A DNA stretch of 64,000 nucleotides from Bacillota bacterium (GTDB lineage: Bacteria > Bacillota > Clostridia > Acetivibrionales > DTU013). The translations under genes and the position numbers were made by a program. Shown in pieces: positions 47,431-55,649 of the stretch (within the stretch, counting starts at the first letter, position 1; the number at the start of each line of letters is the position of its first letter). The DNA lies in contig JAEWQC010000006.1 in the NCBI GenBank assembly GCA_023399355.1, positions 8,422 through 72,421 of the forward strand, written 5' to 3'. The notes beneath the pieces are model-generated. The model had not been told where the DNA came from, searched no databases, and worked only from the letters and a program-made list of their open reading frames with translations.

Positions 47431-47766
47431 CTTCAAATAGATAAAAAAAACCTCCAATGTAAGAATTACCACATAGTATTTGCAGCGAAGTATCGCAGGC
47501 AAGTGATATTTGGGAAGATAAAGCAAGACATAGGAAAAATGCTAAGGGAGCTGTGCGAAAGAAAAGGAATAGAGATAATAGAAGCGGAGTGTTACAAAGA
47601 CCATGTACATATGCTCGTATGGATACCACCCAAATACAGCGTATCAGAGATTGTGGGTTATCTAAAAGGAAAAAGCTCACTGATGATATTTGATCGGTTC
47701 GCCAATTTAAAGTACAAATATGGCAACCGACATTTCTGGTGTAAGGGAAAAATATTAAGTATGTAA
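47431..47766 (+). mobile_element. tnpA: decayed IS200/IS605-family tnpA (Y1/HUH transposase) remnant
   Basis: The frame open from 47431 reads ..NLQCKNYHIVFAAKYRRQVIFGKIKQDIGKMLRELCERKGIEIIEAECYKDHVHMLVWIPPKYSVSEIVGYLKGKSSLMIFDRFANLKYKYGNRHFWCKGKILSM*. The HUH motif (HVHMLV) is present. No start codon exists for the first ~10 residues, and the C-terminal helix that carries the catalytic Tyr is missing. A GC-rich hairpin CCCCCGGC-tct-GCCGGGGG lies at 47396-47414, just upstream. Confidence 0.75.
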
Positions 47767-48355
47767 TACTTCAATGTGCTGCAATGCAGGGCATTTATAT
47801 CATAAATATGGAAGAGACGACAAATATGTTTTTTATCTTGAAACTCATTTGGAAAAGGGAAGTGAAACATATGTAGCGCTGATAAATTATTATAAGGAGC
47901 ATGATAATTTTGACGGGGCATGCCGAGTGGCAGAACAGGCGCTGGAAAAATGCAAAGATGATCTGACGGAGGCTTTTATATATCTCCTTGTTGATGCGGA
48001 AAAGAGAGAAGATAAAGACAAGTGCAAAAAAATTGTATAGCAGTGCGAAGAGAAGGCGATTGGCAGATATTAACCGAATAGATCAAGTGTTAAGTGATTT
48101 TAATTCAGGTAGTTATACTTGAAAAAAGATATTGTATGGGACTTGGCTTCAAATGACGAATTGATTTTATGACAAATTGAGAAGTATATATTTGACAGAA
48201 TTACACTTATAACTCTTTACACAGGTGAATATTTCAGATAGAATAAATGCGAACAAATGTTTGGCACAGAGAAAAAAATGAAACAATCACAAATTGTGAC
48301 CGTTAGGTATTTGGATATAGATCATCAATAAATCAAAGCGGAGGAAATAAACCTT

Positions 48356-48707
48356 ATGGCAAAGAAAAAGAATAACGAAATCACCATCCGTTCCAGTGCA
48401 GCAGAATACTTGACATACGTTGCAGCGACAGGAGATGATCCTCAAAGCTTTGAAATGCACTATAAGGACGAAAACATCTGGCTTACGCAGAAAATGCTAG
48501 CAACACTATACAATGTAGAGGTTCATACTATAAACGAGCATATTTCTAAGATTTATACGGATAGTGAACTTGTACAGGAAGCAACTATTCGGAATAATTG
48601 CTAAAGCTCATGCTGAAAGTGAGTTTGAGAAGTATCGCATTATCCAGGACAGGCTGTTTCAATCTGACTTTGATAAATTAATTGAGGGCATAAGGAATGA
48701 AGAATAA
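48356..48707 (+). pseudogene. RhuM-family gene remnant (N- and C-terminal pieces joined by deletion and frameshift)
   Basis: 48356-48604 encodes ...FEMHYKDENIWLTQKMLATLYNVEVHTINEHISKIYTDSELVQEATIRNNC*, which resembles a RhuM N-terminus. From 48600, in the +1 frame, the sequence continues AKAHAESEFEKYRIIQDRLFQSDFDKLIEGIRNEE*, the typical RhuM C-terminus. The central bulk of the protein is absent. Confidence 0.55.
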
Positions 48708-48724
48708 CATTTAAAGGCGTGGCA

Positions 48725-48817
48725 GCGGCAAAGTAAAGTACCGAGAAAACGGCAAGTAAAGTGAGGAAATCCGGCAATGAAATGTCAGAGATTTCGGCAA
48801 TGGAAGTGAGGATTTAG
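48725..48817. repeat. four degenerate ~23-bp tandem direct repeats (CGGCAA-N-GNAAGTGAGGAAAT-like)
   Basis: GCGGCAAAGTAAAGTACCGAGAAAA / CGGCAAGTAAAGTGAGGAAATC / CGGCAATGAAATGTCAGAGATTT / CGGCAATGGAAGTGAGGATTTAG, read directly from 48725-48817. Confidence 0.5.
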
Positions 48818-49067
48818 CCGAAACAGAACCCAATTGGTGATAGGATTTTTGTATCTTACCTCAAAAGGGGGACAAATGATTGGGGGATTTCGAAATGTAT
48901 TCAAAGATTCAGCAAGAAAAGGAACAGGGCTTTTCCCGAGAAACAGCAGCACGTCATCTGCCCTGTCTCCAATCGTCCCTTGTCTCCCCTGGCTCCAGAA
49001 AATAGGAGAATAATGAAAATTGTCGAAACATGTCGAGTTATAAGATATATGGCATATAAGTAAACCA

Positions 49068-49096
49068 TTGACATTTGACTTGGCGAAGATTATAAT
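49068..49096 (+). promoter_or_regulatory. perfect sigma-A/sigma-70 consensus promoter (TTGACA-17 nt-TATAAT)
   Basis: TTGACA at 49068-73, a 17-nt spacer TTTGACTTGGCGAAGAT, and TATAAT at 49091-96. It points toward loaP, whose ATG is at 49600. Confidence 0.55.
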
Positions 49097-49325
49097 ATAA
49101 ATCATCACATATTTTCCAATAATATGATGGTTTATGCACAAAAATGAAAGAAAAGTCTAGTAATCGTTTAAAAGCCAGATTAAGTGGAAACTCTCATAAA
49201 GAAGCTAAAAGAGCAGGATAGATGATGTTTCGATATATTGGTGGATTGATGAGAACATATAGCAATTATTGTGTATCTCATTTTTTGAAGGAAAGAAATT
49301 ACTCAAAAAAATTGTTATATAGTAA

Positions 49326-49506
49326 AAGTACTTATCGGCGGTTAATCTCTGGCGGGTCACGTTAATCGCTGATAAGTATTATATGATAAAAAATCGATTC
49401 AACCTACTATTTAGAATATGTCAGATGACGAAGATTTGTCGTTGGCTGATTTCAAGTACTTATTGGAAGTTGGGTGGCGGGTCGCTTGATGGAAGATAAG
49501 GATTAT
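49326..49506 (+). promoter_or_regulatory. duplicated ~55-nt hairpin element in the loaP leader
   Basis: Copy 1 (49326-49385) is AAGTACTTATCGGCGGTTAATCTCTGGCGGGTCACGTTAATCGCTGATAAGTATTAT. Its arms AGTACTTATCGGCG and CGCTGATAAGTATT form 14 bp including two G-U pairs. Copy 2 (49454-49506) is AAGTACTTATTGGAAGTTGGGTGGCGGGTCGCTTGATGGAAGATAAGGATTAT. Both copies share the apical TGGCGGGTC(A/G)C. Confidence 0.45.
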
Positions 49507-49599
49507 ACAGAGGTTAACCGCTAGTGTGCCAATTGGAAAAGTATGGCAGATAAAAGGGCGGAGCTGTATCTTGGCAGCATAGGCAGTGGAGGGGAACCA

Positions 49600-50148
49600 A
49601 TGTCTTTCTGGTATATATTTTGGGTCTTGACGGGTCATGAGAGAAAAATTGAAAACAGGATACAGAGTCAGTTGTGTAATGAGGACATCGTACCTTTTAT
49701 TCCCATGAGGGAAGTACTTTTTAAAAGAGCCGGTAAGGTGAAGAAAGAACTTAATATTGCGTTTCCGGGATACTTGTTTATCGAATCAGATTTGGAAAGC
49801 GTAGAGTTTTTACAACGCACACATCATTTTGTGAGAATATCAAAGGACATCATCGGGATCTTAAAATACAGTAATTCAAATGAGATTGCTGTCAGAGAAG
49901 AAGAGCGTGCAGCATTCTTGAGCTTATGTAATGTTAATCATTGTGTTGAGTCCTCAATGGGCTTTATTGAAGGAGATAAGTTTTACATTGAAAGCGGTCC
50001 TTTGGTTGGTATGGAAAACATTATAAAGGAGATTAACAGAAAAAAGATGGAAGCTTCTTTTGATATGGAGTTTCTGGGCGGAACAAGGCGGTTCACCGTA
50101 GGGCTTGAGTTATTGAGAAAAATAGAAATGGACAGTTCGATAATATAG
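49600..50148 (+). CDS. loaP: LoaP-type NusG paralog (processive antiterminator associated with polyketide clusters)
   Basis: ORF 49543-50148; ATG 49600 lies 5 nt after GGAGGGG. The NGN-like N-terminus is FWYIFWVLTGHERKIENRI...AFPGYLFIES. The KOW-like C-terminus is GDKFYIESGPLVGMENIIKEINRKK. The 182-aa protein lies directly upstream of an NRPS/PKS cluster. Confidence 0.7.
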   Translation: MSFWYIFWVLTGHERKIENRIQSQLCNEDIVPFIPMREVLFKRAGKVKKELNIAFPGYLFIESDLESVEFLQRTHHFVRISKDIIGILKYSNSNEIAVREEERAAFLSLCNVNHCVESSMGFIEGDKFYIESGPLVGMENIIKEINRKKMEASFDMEFLGGTRRFTVGLELLRKIEMDSSII

Positions 50149-50441
50149 ATAGGTGCTTGATGTGGAGAGTGTGCAATTTGGTGATTTCACAGTATATATT
50201 ATCAAAAATTAATGCAAATACAATTCTATGTCAATGTGAAATTCAAAATTTTAAATCTATCACACGAAAAACTTTGGATATATCGTGTGCAGCACCTATC
50301 AATCTACACACAAATTTACCATTAATGGTTGGCTTGAGTCATTCGCTGAGGGAAAAAGATATCAATTTTTTAATTTTACACTAAAGTAGCGATGTAAGAG
50401 TAATAATGGAGTTGTCGCGGGATGGCAGCACTGTGTAAAAG

Positions 50442-52010
50442 GTGAGTGAGAATATTATGAAAAACACATATGAGATCATTAATAACACGGAATATCCATA
50501 TGATCATTCAAAAACAGTGATTGACTATTTTGATCAGCAAGCTATGGAACATCCGGAAAATAAAGCTTTATATTTTTTGAAGGATTATATGACATATGGT
50601 GCCTTCCGGCAAAAAGTAAATCAACTTGCTAATTATTTGATCAGCTTGAATTTAAAGAATGCAGTTATTGGTGTTTTAATGGACAAATCATTTGATATGA
50701 TGATCGCCATATACGGTATACTGAAATCAGGTAACATATATATGCCGATTTCTCAGGATTATCCGGATCAAAGAATTTTATTTGTCTTAGAGGACAGTAA
50801 TGCTGCCATCGTTATCGTAAACAAAGATTCCTGCATACAATTAAGTAACATAAAATCGAACGTAAATTATTTAGATATTGAATATGAAAAGATCCAGGTT
50901 CAAAGCAATGAATGCAAAGCTCGTTGCCTTCCAAATGATTTGGCATATATTATTTATACATCAGGTACTACCGGCAATCCAAAAGGTGTTATGGTAGCCC
51001 ATCATTCTTTAATGAATCGCTTAAATTGGATGCAGCATACATACCGATTAACTGAAAATGATGTATTATTGCAAAAAACGTCGATATCGTTTGATGTTTC
51101 TTTATGGGAATTATTTTGGTGGCCTATGGCAGGAGCAAGTTTGTGTCTGCTTGCAAAAGGGCTTGAAAAATTTCCAATGGCATTAACTGAAATAATAGAA
51201 AAGTTTTCAATCTCAGTCATTCATTTTTGCCCTTCTTTGCTTAATTCGTTTTTAAATTATGTTATTGAAAACAAGAAAGAAGAATCAGTTAAATCGATAA
51301 GGCAAGTTATTTGCAGTGGCGAAGAATTACTCAAGTCGCATGTGGAGAAATTCAAGACAAGCTTGTATTTCAATAATAATACGCAGCTTGCAAATTTATA
51401 TGGGCCGACTGAGGCGACTATCGATGTCACTTTTTATAACTGCGATTTTACATTTATTCCGAACAAAATACCTATTGGCAAGCCCATCCATAATACTAGG
51501 GTTTATGTCATCGGGGACAATGATAAATTGATGCCCATTGGTGAAGAAGGTGAATTGTGTCTTTCGGGAGTTTGCCTGGCAAAAGGATACATAAATAATA
51601 AGGAATTAACTGAAAAACAATTTGTCTTATCTGGCATTGTAAAAGATACGTATTATAAAACGGGTGATTTGGTTAAGCTATTGCCTGATATGAATTTGGT
51701 ATTTCTTGGAAGAATAGATGAACAAGTAAAAATCAGGGGTTACAGGATTGAACTTGGAGAAATAGAAACTATTTTGGGAAAATACAATGGAATTCATGAA
51801 TGTTGTGTCATTCACAAAAAGGTTGATGATCTTAATTATTTAGTGGCATTTATAGTGGCAGATGAAAAATTGGACGAGAAAAGTTTGAGAGAATATGTAC
51901 ATCAATTTTTACCATACTATTGTGTTCCTAATAAGTATATTTATGTTGATAAACTGCCTGTGAATATGAGTGGAAAAGCTGATAAAAAGGCATTGCTCTC
52001 TATGATATAA
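50442..52010 (+). CDS. stand-alone adenylation enzyme (NRPS A domain; hand-derived specificity code resembles Ser)
   Basis: Core motifs: YTSGTTGNPKGV (A3), FDVSLWE (A4), NLYGPTEAT (A5), YKTGDL (A7), GRIDEQVKIRGYRIELGEIE (A8), NMSGKADKK (A10). The start may be ATG 50457. No C or T domain is present. Confidence 0.85.
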   Translation: MSENIMKNTYEIINNTEYPYDHSKTVIDYFDQQAMEHPENKALYFLKDYMTYGAFRQKVNQLANYLISLNLKNAVIGVLMDKSFDMMIAIYGILKSGNIYMPISQDYPDQRILFVLEDSNAAIVIVNKDSCIQLSNIKSNVNYLDIEYEKIQVQSNECKARCLPNDLAYIIYTSGTTGNPKGVMVAHHSLMNRLNWMQHTYRLTENDVLLQKTSISFDVSLWELFWWPMAGASLCLLAKGLEKFPMALTEIIEKFSISVIHFCPSLLNSFLNYVIENKKEESVKSIRQVICSGEELLKSHVEKFKTSLYFNNNTQLANLYGPTEATIDVTFYNCDFTFIPNKIPIGKPIHNTRVYVIGDNDKLMPIGEEGELCLSGVCLAKGYINNKELTEKQFVLSGIVKDTYYKTGDLVKLLPDMNLVFLGRIDEQVKIRGYRIELGEIETILGKYNGIHECCVIHKKVDDLNYLVAFIVADEKLDEKSLREYVHQFLPYYCVPNKYIYVDKLPVNMSGKADKKALLSMI

Positions 52011-52037
52011 ACAGACTAATAAGTGCGGGGATGTTTC

Positions 52038-52985
52038 ATGAATATTTCTCTTGTTTACCCGGGAGTCGGGTCGCAATATACCGGCATGGGTAAAGCGCAT
52101 TATGATCGGTTTAATATAGTCCGGGATACTTTTGATGAAGTGAGTGAGATTGCTAAAACCAATATAGCTACTATTTGTTTTGATAATGCTCGGAAAGAAG
52201 ACTTAAATATTCTTGCAAATGCCCAAATATGCATATTCACATTAAGTATTGCTTATCATAGATTATTGAATTTATATTTATCGATATCTCCCCGTTTTTG
52301 TTGCGGTTATAGTCTTGGAGAATATTCTGCTTTGTGCAGCTCAGGCGCGCTCAGTTTACATGACGCAGTAAAGCTAATAGAGTTGCGCTCAAAAATATTA
52401 CAGAAGATAACAGATTTAAAAATTGGAAGTATGCTCTGGATCGTTGAACTAGATGTAAATATGACGGAACAAATTTGTAAAGACTTGCGTGATGACGGAT
52501 ATTACATATATGTTTCAGGATACAATTCGCAAAAACAAACTGCCGTTTCAGGAGATAATACCTCAATAAAAAAAGCGATAGAGTTATTTGAGGAATTTGG
52601 TGCGTTGGTTATTCCTTTGGATTTATCGGGTCCATATCACTGTTCATTAATGCATGAAGCATTTGAATATATGAAAGACGTAACAGAAAAATATACATTT
52701 AAAAAATTATCGGATCCGGTCATAGCCAATTGGAATGCGTGTTTATATAAGGATGGACAATACTCTCAATACCTGATGAATCAATTGGTTCACCCCATAT
52801 ATTGGATGCAGACCATACAGAAGATATACAGCAGCAATCCGGATTTAATAATTGAGGTGGGACCTAAAGAAGTATTAACATATATTTCAAAAAAGAACTA
52901 TGCAGACGTGCATGCTTTATCAATAGATAAAATAGAAAATTTTGAGAGAATATGTGATCTTTGTGAAAATAATTGTATGCATTAA
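52038..52985 (+). CDS. discrete acyltransferase (FabD-like malonyl-CoA:ACP transacylase; trans-AT candidate)
   Basis: ORF 52023-52985; start ATG 52038. LVYPGVGSQYTGMG, active-site GYSLGEYSAL (GxSxG), and SGPYHCSLM. Confidence 0.8.
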   Translation: MNISLVYPGVGSQYTGMGKAHYDRFNIVRDTFDEVSEIAKTNIATICFDNARKEDLNILANAQICIFTLSIAYHRLLNLYLSISPRFCCGYSLGEYSALCSSGALSLHDAVKLIELRSKILQKITDLKIGSMLWIVELDVNMTEQICKDLRDDGYYIYVSGYNSQKQTAVSGDNTSIKKAIELFEEFGALVIPLDLSGPYHCSLMHEAFEYMKDVTEKYTFKKLSDPVIANWNACLYKDGQYSQYLMNQLVHPIYWMQTIQKIYSSNPDLIIEVGPKEVLTYISKKNYADVHALSIDKIENFERICDLCENNCMH

Positions 52986-53703
52986 GGGAATTGCTGTTTC
53001 TAAAATTAGTAAAAATGATAGTGATGATGAGTACAAAGTAGGCACAAAAGATATGTATGCTTTGAAAACAGCATTGGCATTAAAAGAAAGATATCCTTTA
53101 GTTATAGAAGTTATTTGTATGGCTCCTCACTCTTTATGTGATATTTTAAAAAGTCTATATATTTATGATATAAATAAGATTTATTTAGCAGCGGATAGCT
53201 TGTTTGCCGGCGCTGATACGTTTGCCACATCATTTGTCCTGCATAAGATGATAGAGAAAATAGGAATGGCAGATATCATATTATGCGGCAAGTCCAGTGA
53301 TGACAGCGGAACGGCGCAAATTGGTCCAAGTTTAGCTGAACGATTGAAATATGAGCTTATCAACAATATATCATCAATTGAAATCGATGGACATCATATT
53401 AAATGCGAAAGTAGTTCGGAAAAAATAAAATATATGATTGAAACAGAGCAATCAATAGTTGGCACAATTGATTGCCCACCTATTGATAGCACATACCCAT
53501 CGTTGAGAAATATTCTCGGACAAAAGAAAGATGTTACTATATTTAGTGCAAATGATTTAGGAATATCAATAAATCAGATACAATCAAAGACAAAAGTAGT
53601 AAAGTTATTTTCTTATGAAAAATCTGAAATCGGTGAGTTCATTACAGGAGATATTTCTGATATGGCAATAAAGTTTATTGATATTATTAAGTTATACAAT
53701 TAA
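52963..53703 (+). CDS. etfB: electron transfer flavoprotein beta subunit (EtfB-like)
   Basis: ORF 52942-53703; GTG 52963 gives VKIIVCIKGIA.... DMYALKTALALKE, GADTFATSFVLHKMI and DDSGTAQIGPSLAERL match the EtfB pattern. It overlaps the AT stop by 23 nt. Confidence 0.75.
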   Translation: MKIIVCIKGIAVSKISKNDSDDEYKVGTKDMYALKTALALKERYPLVIEVICMAPHSLCDILKSLYIYDINKIYLAADSLFAGADTFATSFVLHKMIEKIGMADIILCGKSSDDSGTAQIGPSLAERLKYELINNISSIEIDGHHIKCESSSEKIKYMIETEQSIVGTIDCPPIDSTYPSLRNILGQKKDVTIFSANDLGISINQIQSKTKVVKLFSYEKSEIGEFITGDISDMAIKFIDIIKLYN

Positions 53704-53708
53704 CCGTT

Positions 53709-54692
53709 ATGCAGCAAGAAGTAAGCATGTCATTTAAGAATGCAAGGGTTTGGGTATTTGGAGAACATGCCGATGGTGTGTTGTCCGGCATTTCACATCA
53801 GCTTTTAGGCATTGCATGCAAGCTTGCAAAAAAAATAGAATCAAAAATTATTATTGTATTGGTTGAATCAAATGAGACAATACATCGAGAGTGTATAGGT
53901 TATGGAGCAGACTATGTTATCAATGTATCTTCATATACCAATATTGATATTTTAGTTGACCTTGCTGACAAAATGCGGTTGATTGAAGAACCGGATATAG
54001 TTATATGCGGATCTACTGAATGGGGGATAAATCTTGCTCCAAGATTAGCTGTAAAATTAGGTGCAGGTTTGACGGCACATTGTGTCAACCTTGAGATATG
54101 CAGTGAAACTGGTCGTTTATTACAGACGCGGCCTACATCCTTTAATAATTTATTTGCGACAATTATCTCCACAAGTAAAATACAAATGGCGACTATAAAA
54201 CCAAATCTGTTTTCTCCCAGTATTATTGATCAAAATAAAAAAGGACAGGTTATAGAATATCAGTCTTCGGAGTTTAAAAATGGTTACACTCTGCAAAAAA
54301 TTATCCAATGTATTGAAGAGAATGCTGCGGATACTAACAGAATCATAATAGGAGTTGGAAATGGTATAGTAGATTATCAGGCATTTAAACTGGTTGAGTC
54401 TTTCGCCAATCTTATTCATGCGCCTATCTATGGATCACGGGAAGCTGTTGCTAAAGGATTGGTCGGGTTTGATCGACAGATTGGCATTACTGGTAAAACA
54501 ATTAATCCGAAATTATATATTGCAATAGGGATATCCGGCTCGCATAACCATTTGCTCGGGATTTCAAAAACTACGAAAATTGTTGCTATAAACACAGACA
54601 TTGGATCAGAAATGATAAAAGCAGCCAATTATAAAATTATATCGGATGCAAAGGATTTTCTTAAATTGATCCTTCAAAAAATTGTCGTTTAA
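53709..54692 (+). CDS. etfA: electron transfer flavoprotein alpha subunit (EtfA-like)
   Basis: 327 aa; the start may be ATG 53727. VWVFGEH..., and the C-terminal FAD region PKLYIAIGISGSHNHLLGISKTTKIVAINTDIGSEMIKAANYKIISD. Confidence 0.75.
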   Translation: MQQEVSMSFKNARVWVFGEHADGVLSGISHQLLGIACKLAKKIESKIIIVLVESNETIHRECIGYGADYVINVSSYTNIDILVDLADKMRLIEEPDIVICGSTEWGINLAPRLAVKLGAGLTAHCVNLEICSETGRLLQTRPTSFNNLFATIISTSKIQMATIKPNLFSPSIIDQNKKGQVIEYQSSEFKNGYTLQKIIQCIEENAADTNRIIIGVGNGIVDYQAFKLVESFANLIHAPIYGSREAVAKGLVGFDRQIGITGKTINPKLYIAIGISGSHNHLLGISKTTKIVAINTDIGSEMIKAANYKIISDAKDFLKLILQKIVV

Positions 54693-54718
54693 ATATAATA
54701 AAACAATACGAATAAAGA

Positions 54719-55573
54719 GTGATGAATAACATGGAATATAGTATTATCGAGATAGTACTGCGTTTTAATGGGAAATATTCACCAGGATATCAATATACTC
54801 CTGCTGAAAAAAACTCTTTACCGGTAATTTTACTTTGTCATGGAAATTATCAGGAAGGAAAGGATTCGAGAATTATACTGTCTATAGCAGAAAATTTAAC
54901 TAAAAAGGGTTTTATTGTAGTGACATTTGATAACCTTTGTTATAATAAAGCATGGAAACCCGATGATGGTGAAATTCACAGTTCTGAAGAAATTGATATG
55001 CGATGGGCGGCATTTGCTGCTATTACATATATCCGAAATAATTACATTGAAAAGAAAATAATTGTTATCGGACATTCTATGGGGGCTTCAATTGCGCTAT
55101 CAGTCAGTGCTTTGAGTGATTATATCAATGAAACTATTGCAATATCTCCAACAAGAATATCCGCATTTATTTTTGATGATAATGAATTAAATGATTTTTG
55201 GATGCAAAATAAAGACATTATTGAAACAAAAATTGATAAAAACGTTACGCGTTCAATTCGTTTAGATATGATGGCGGAAAATTACATCCCCTTTTTAAAT
55301 AAAAAGAGAACTCTATTTATCTGTGGATATAAAGAACGATATTATAATTATAAAAAATGGATTAAATCCCTGGCAGAGTCAATAGGAGAAAGTTGTGAAT
55401 CAATAATCATTCCCAATGCAGATCATTATTTTGGAATAACTCCCGGCAATGAAAATCAGGAAGTTTTTAACAATTTTATGAATAGTATATTTACATGGAT
55501 AAATAAAAAATACGGAGAGATTAATATAAACCTGGTGAATGAACAAAAGACTGTGAATGAAACTTTGAAATGA
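54719..55573 (+). CDS. alpha/beta-fold hydrolase
   Basis: 284 aa. LLCHGNY..., nucleophile elbow IGHSMGASIAL, and a late NADHYF (His). Confidence 0.7.
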   Translation: MMNNMEYSIIEIVLRFNGKYSPGYQYTPAEKNSLPVILLCHGNYQEGKDSRIILSIAENLTKKGFIVVTFDNLCYNKAWKPDDGEIHSSEEIDMRWAAFAAITYIRNNYIEKKIIVIGHSMGASIALSVSALSDYINETIAISPTRISAFIFDDNELNDFWMQNKDIIETKIDKNVTRSIRLDMMAENYIPFLNKKRTLFICGYKERYYNYKKWIKSLAESIGESCESIIIPNADHYFGITPGNENQEVFNNFMNSIFTWINKKYGEININLVNEQKTVNETLK

Positions 55574-55649
55574 TATAAAACGATACAATGTCTGCAGCGG
55601 GATTTATTGCTATGTGCAAAGACTCTCTTGAGCTTCGGAGAATTATGTT

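Noticed and set aside
47774-48040. An 88-aa ORF (MCCNAGHLYHKYGRDDKYVFYLETHLEKG...) right after the tnpA remnant.
   Set aside because: It has no RBS, no recognisable family and an implausible N-terminus, and it sits in a stretch of gene debris. It may be a fragment of a helical-repeat protein, but it is not supportable as a gene.
48725-48817. A CRISPR array, as an explanation of the 23-bp repeats.
   Set aside because: The units are contiguous with no spacers, they are degenerate, and no cas genes or leader are nearby.
48785-49141. A 118-aa - strand ORF.
   Set aside because: The translation is not protein-like, and the perfect + strand consensus promoter (49068-96) lies inside it.
49411-49638. 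A 75-aa - strand ORF, and the 49543 upstream extension of loaP.
   Set aside because: The - strand ORF is antisense to the structured loaP leader. For loaP, the ATG at 49600 has a GGAGGGG RBS at ideal spacing and gives a NusG-length protein, so the 19-codon extension is unlikely.
50157-50384. A 75-aa + strand ORF between loaP and the A-domain gene.
   Set aside because: It has no RBS and a low-complexity AT-rich translation. The region is more plausibly the untranslated leader of the biosynthetic operon.
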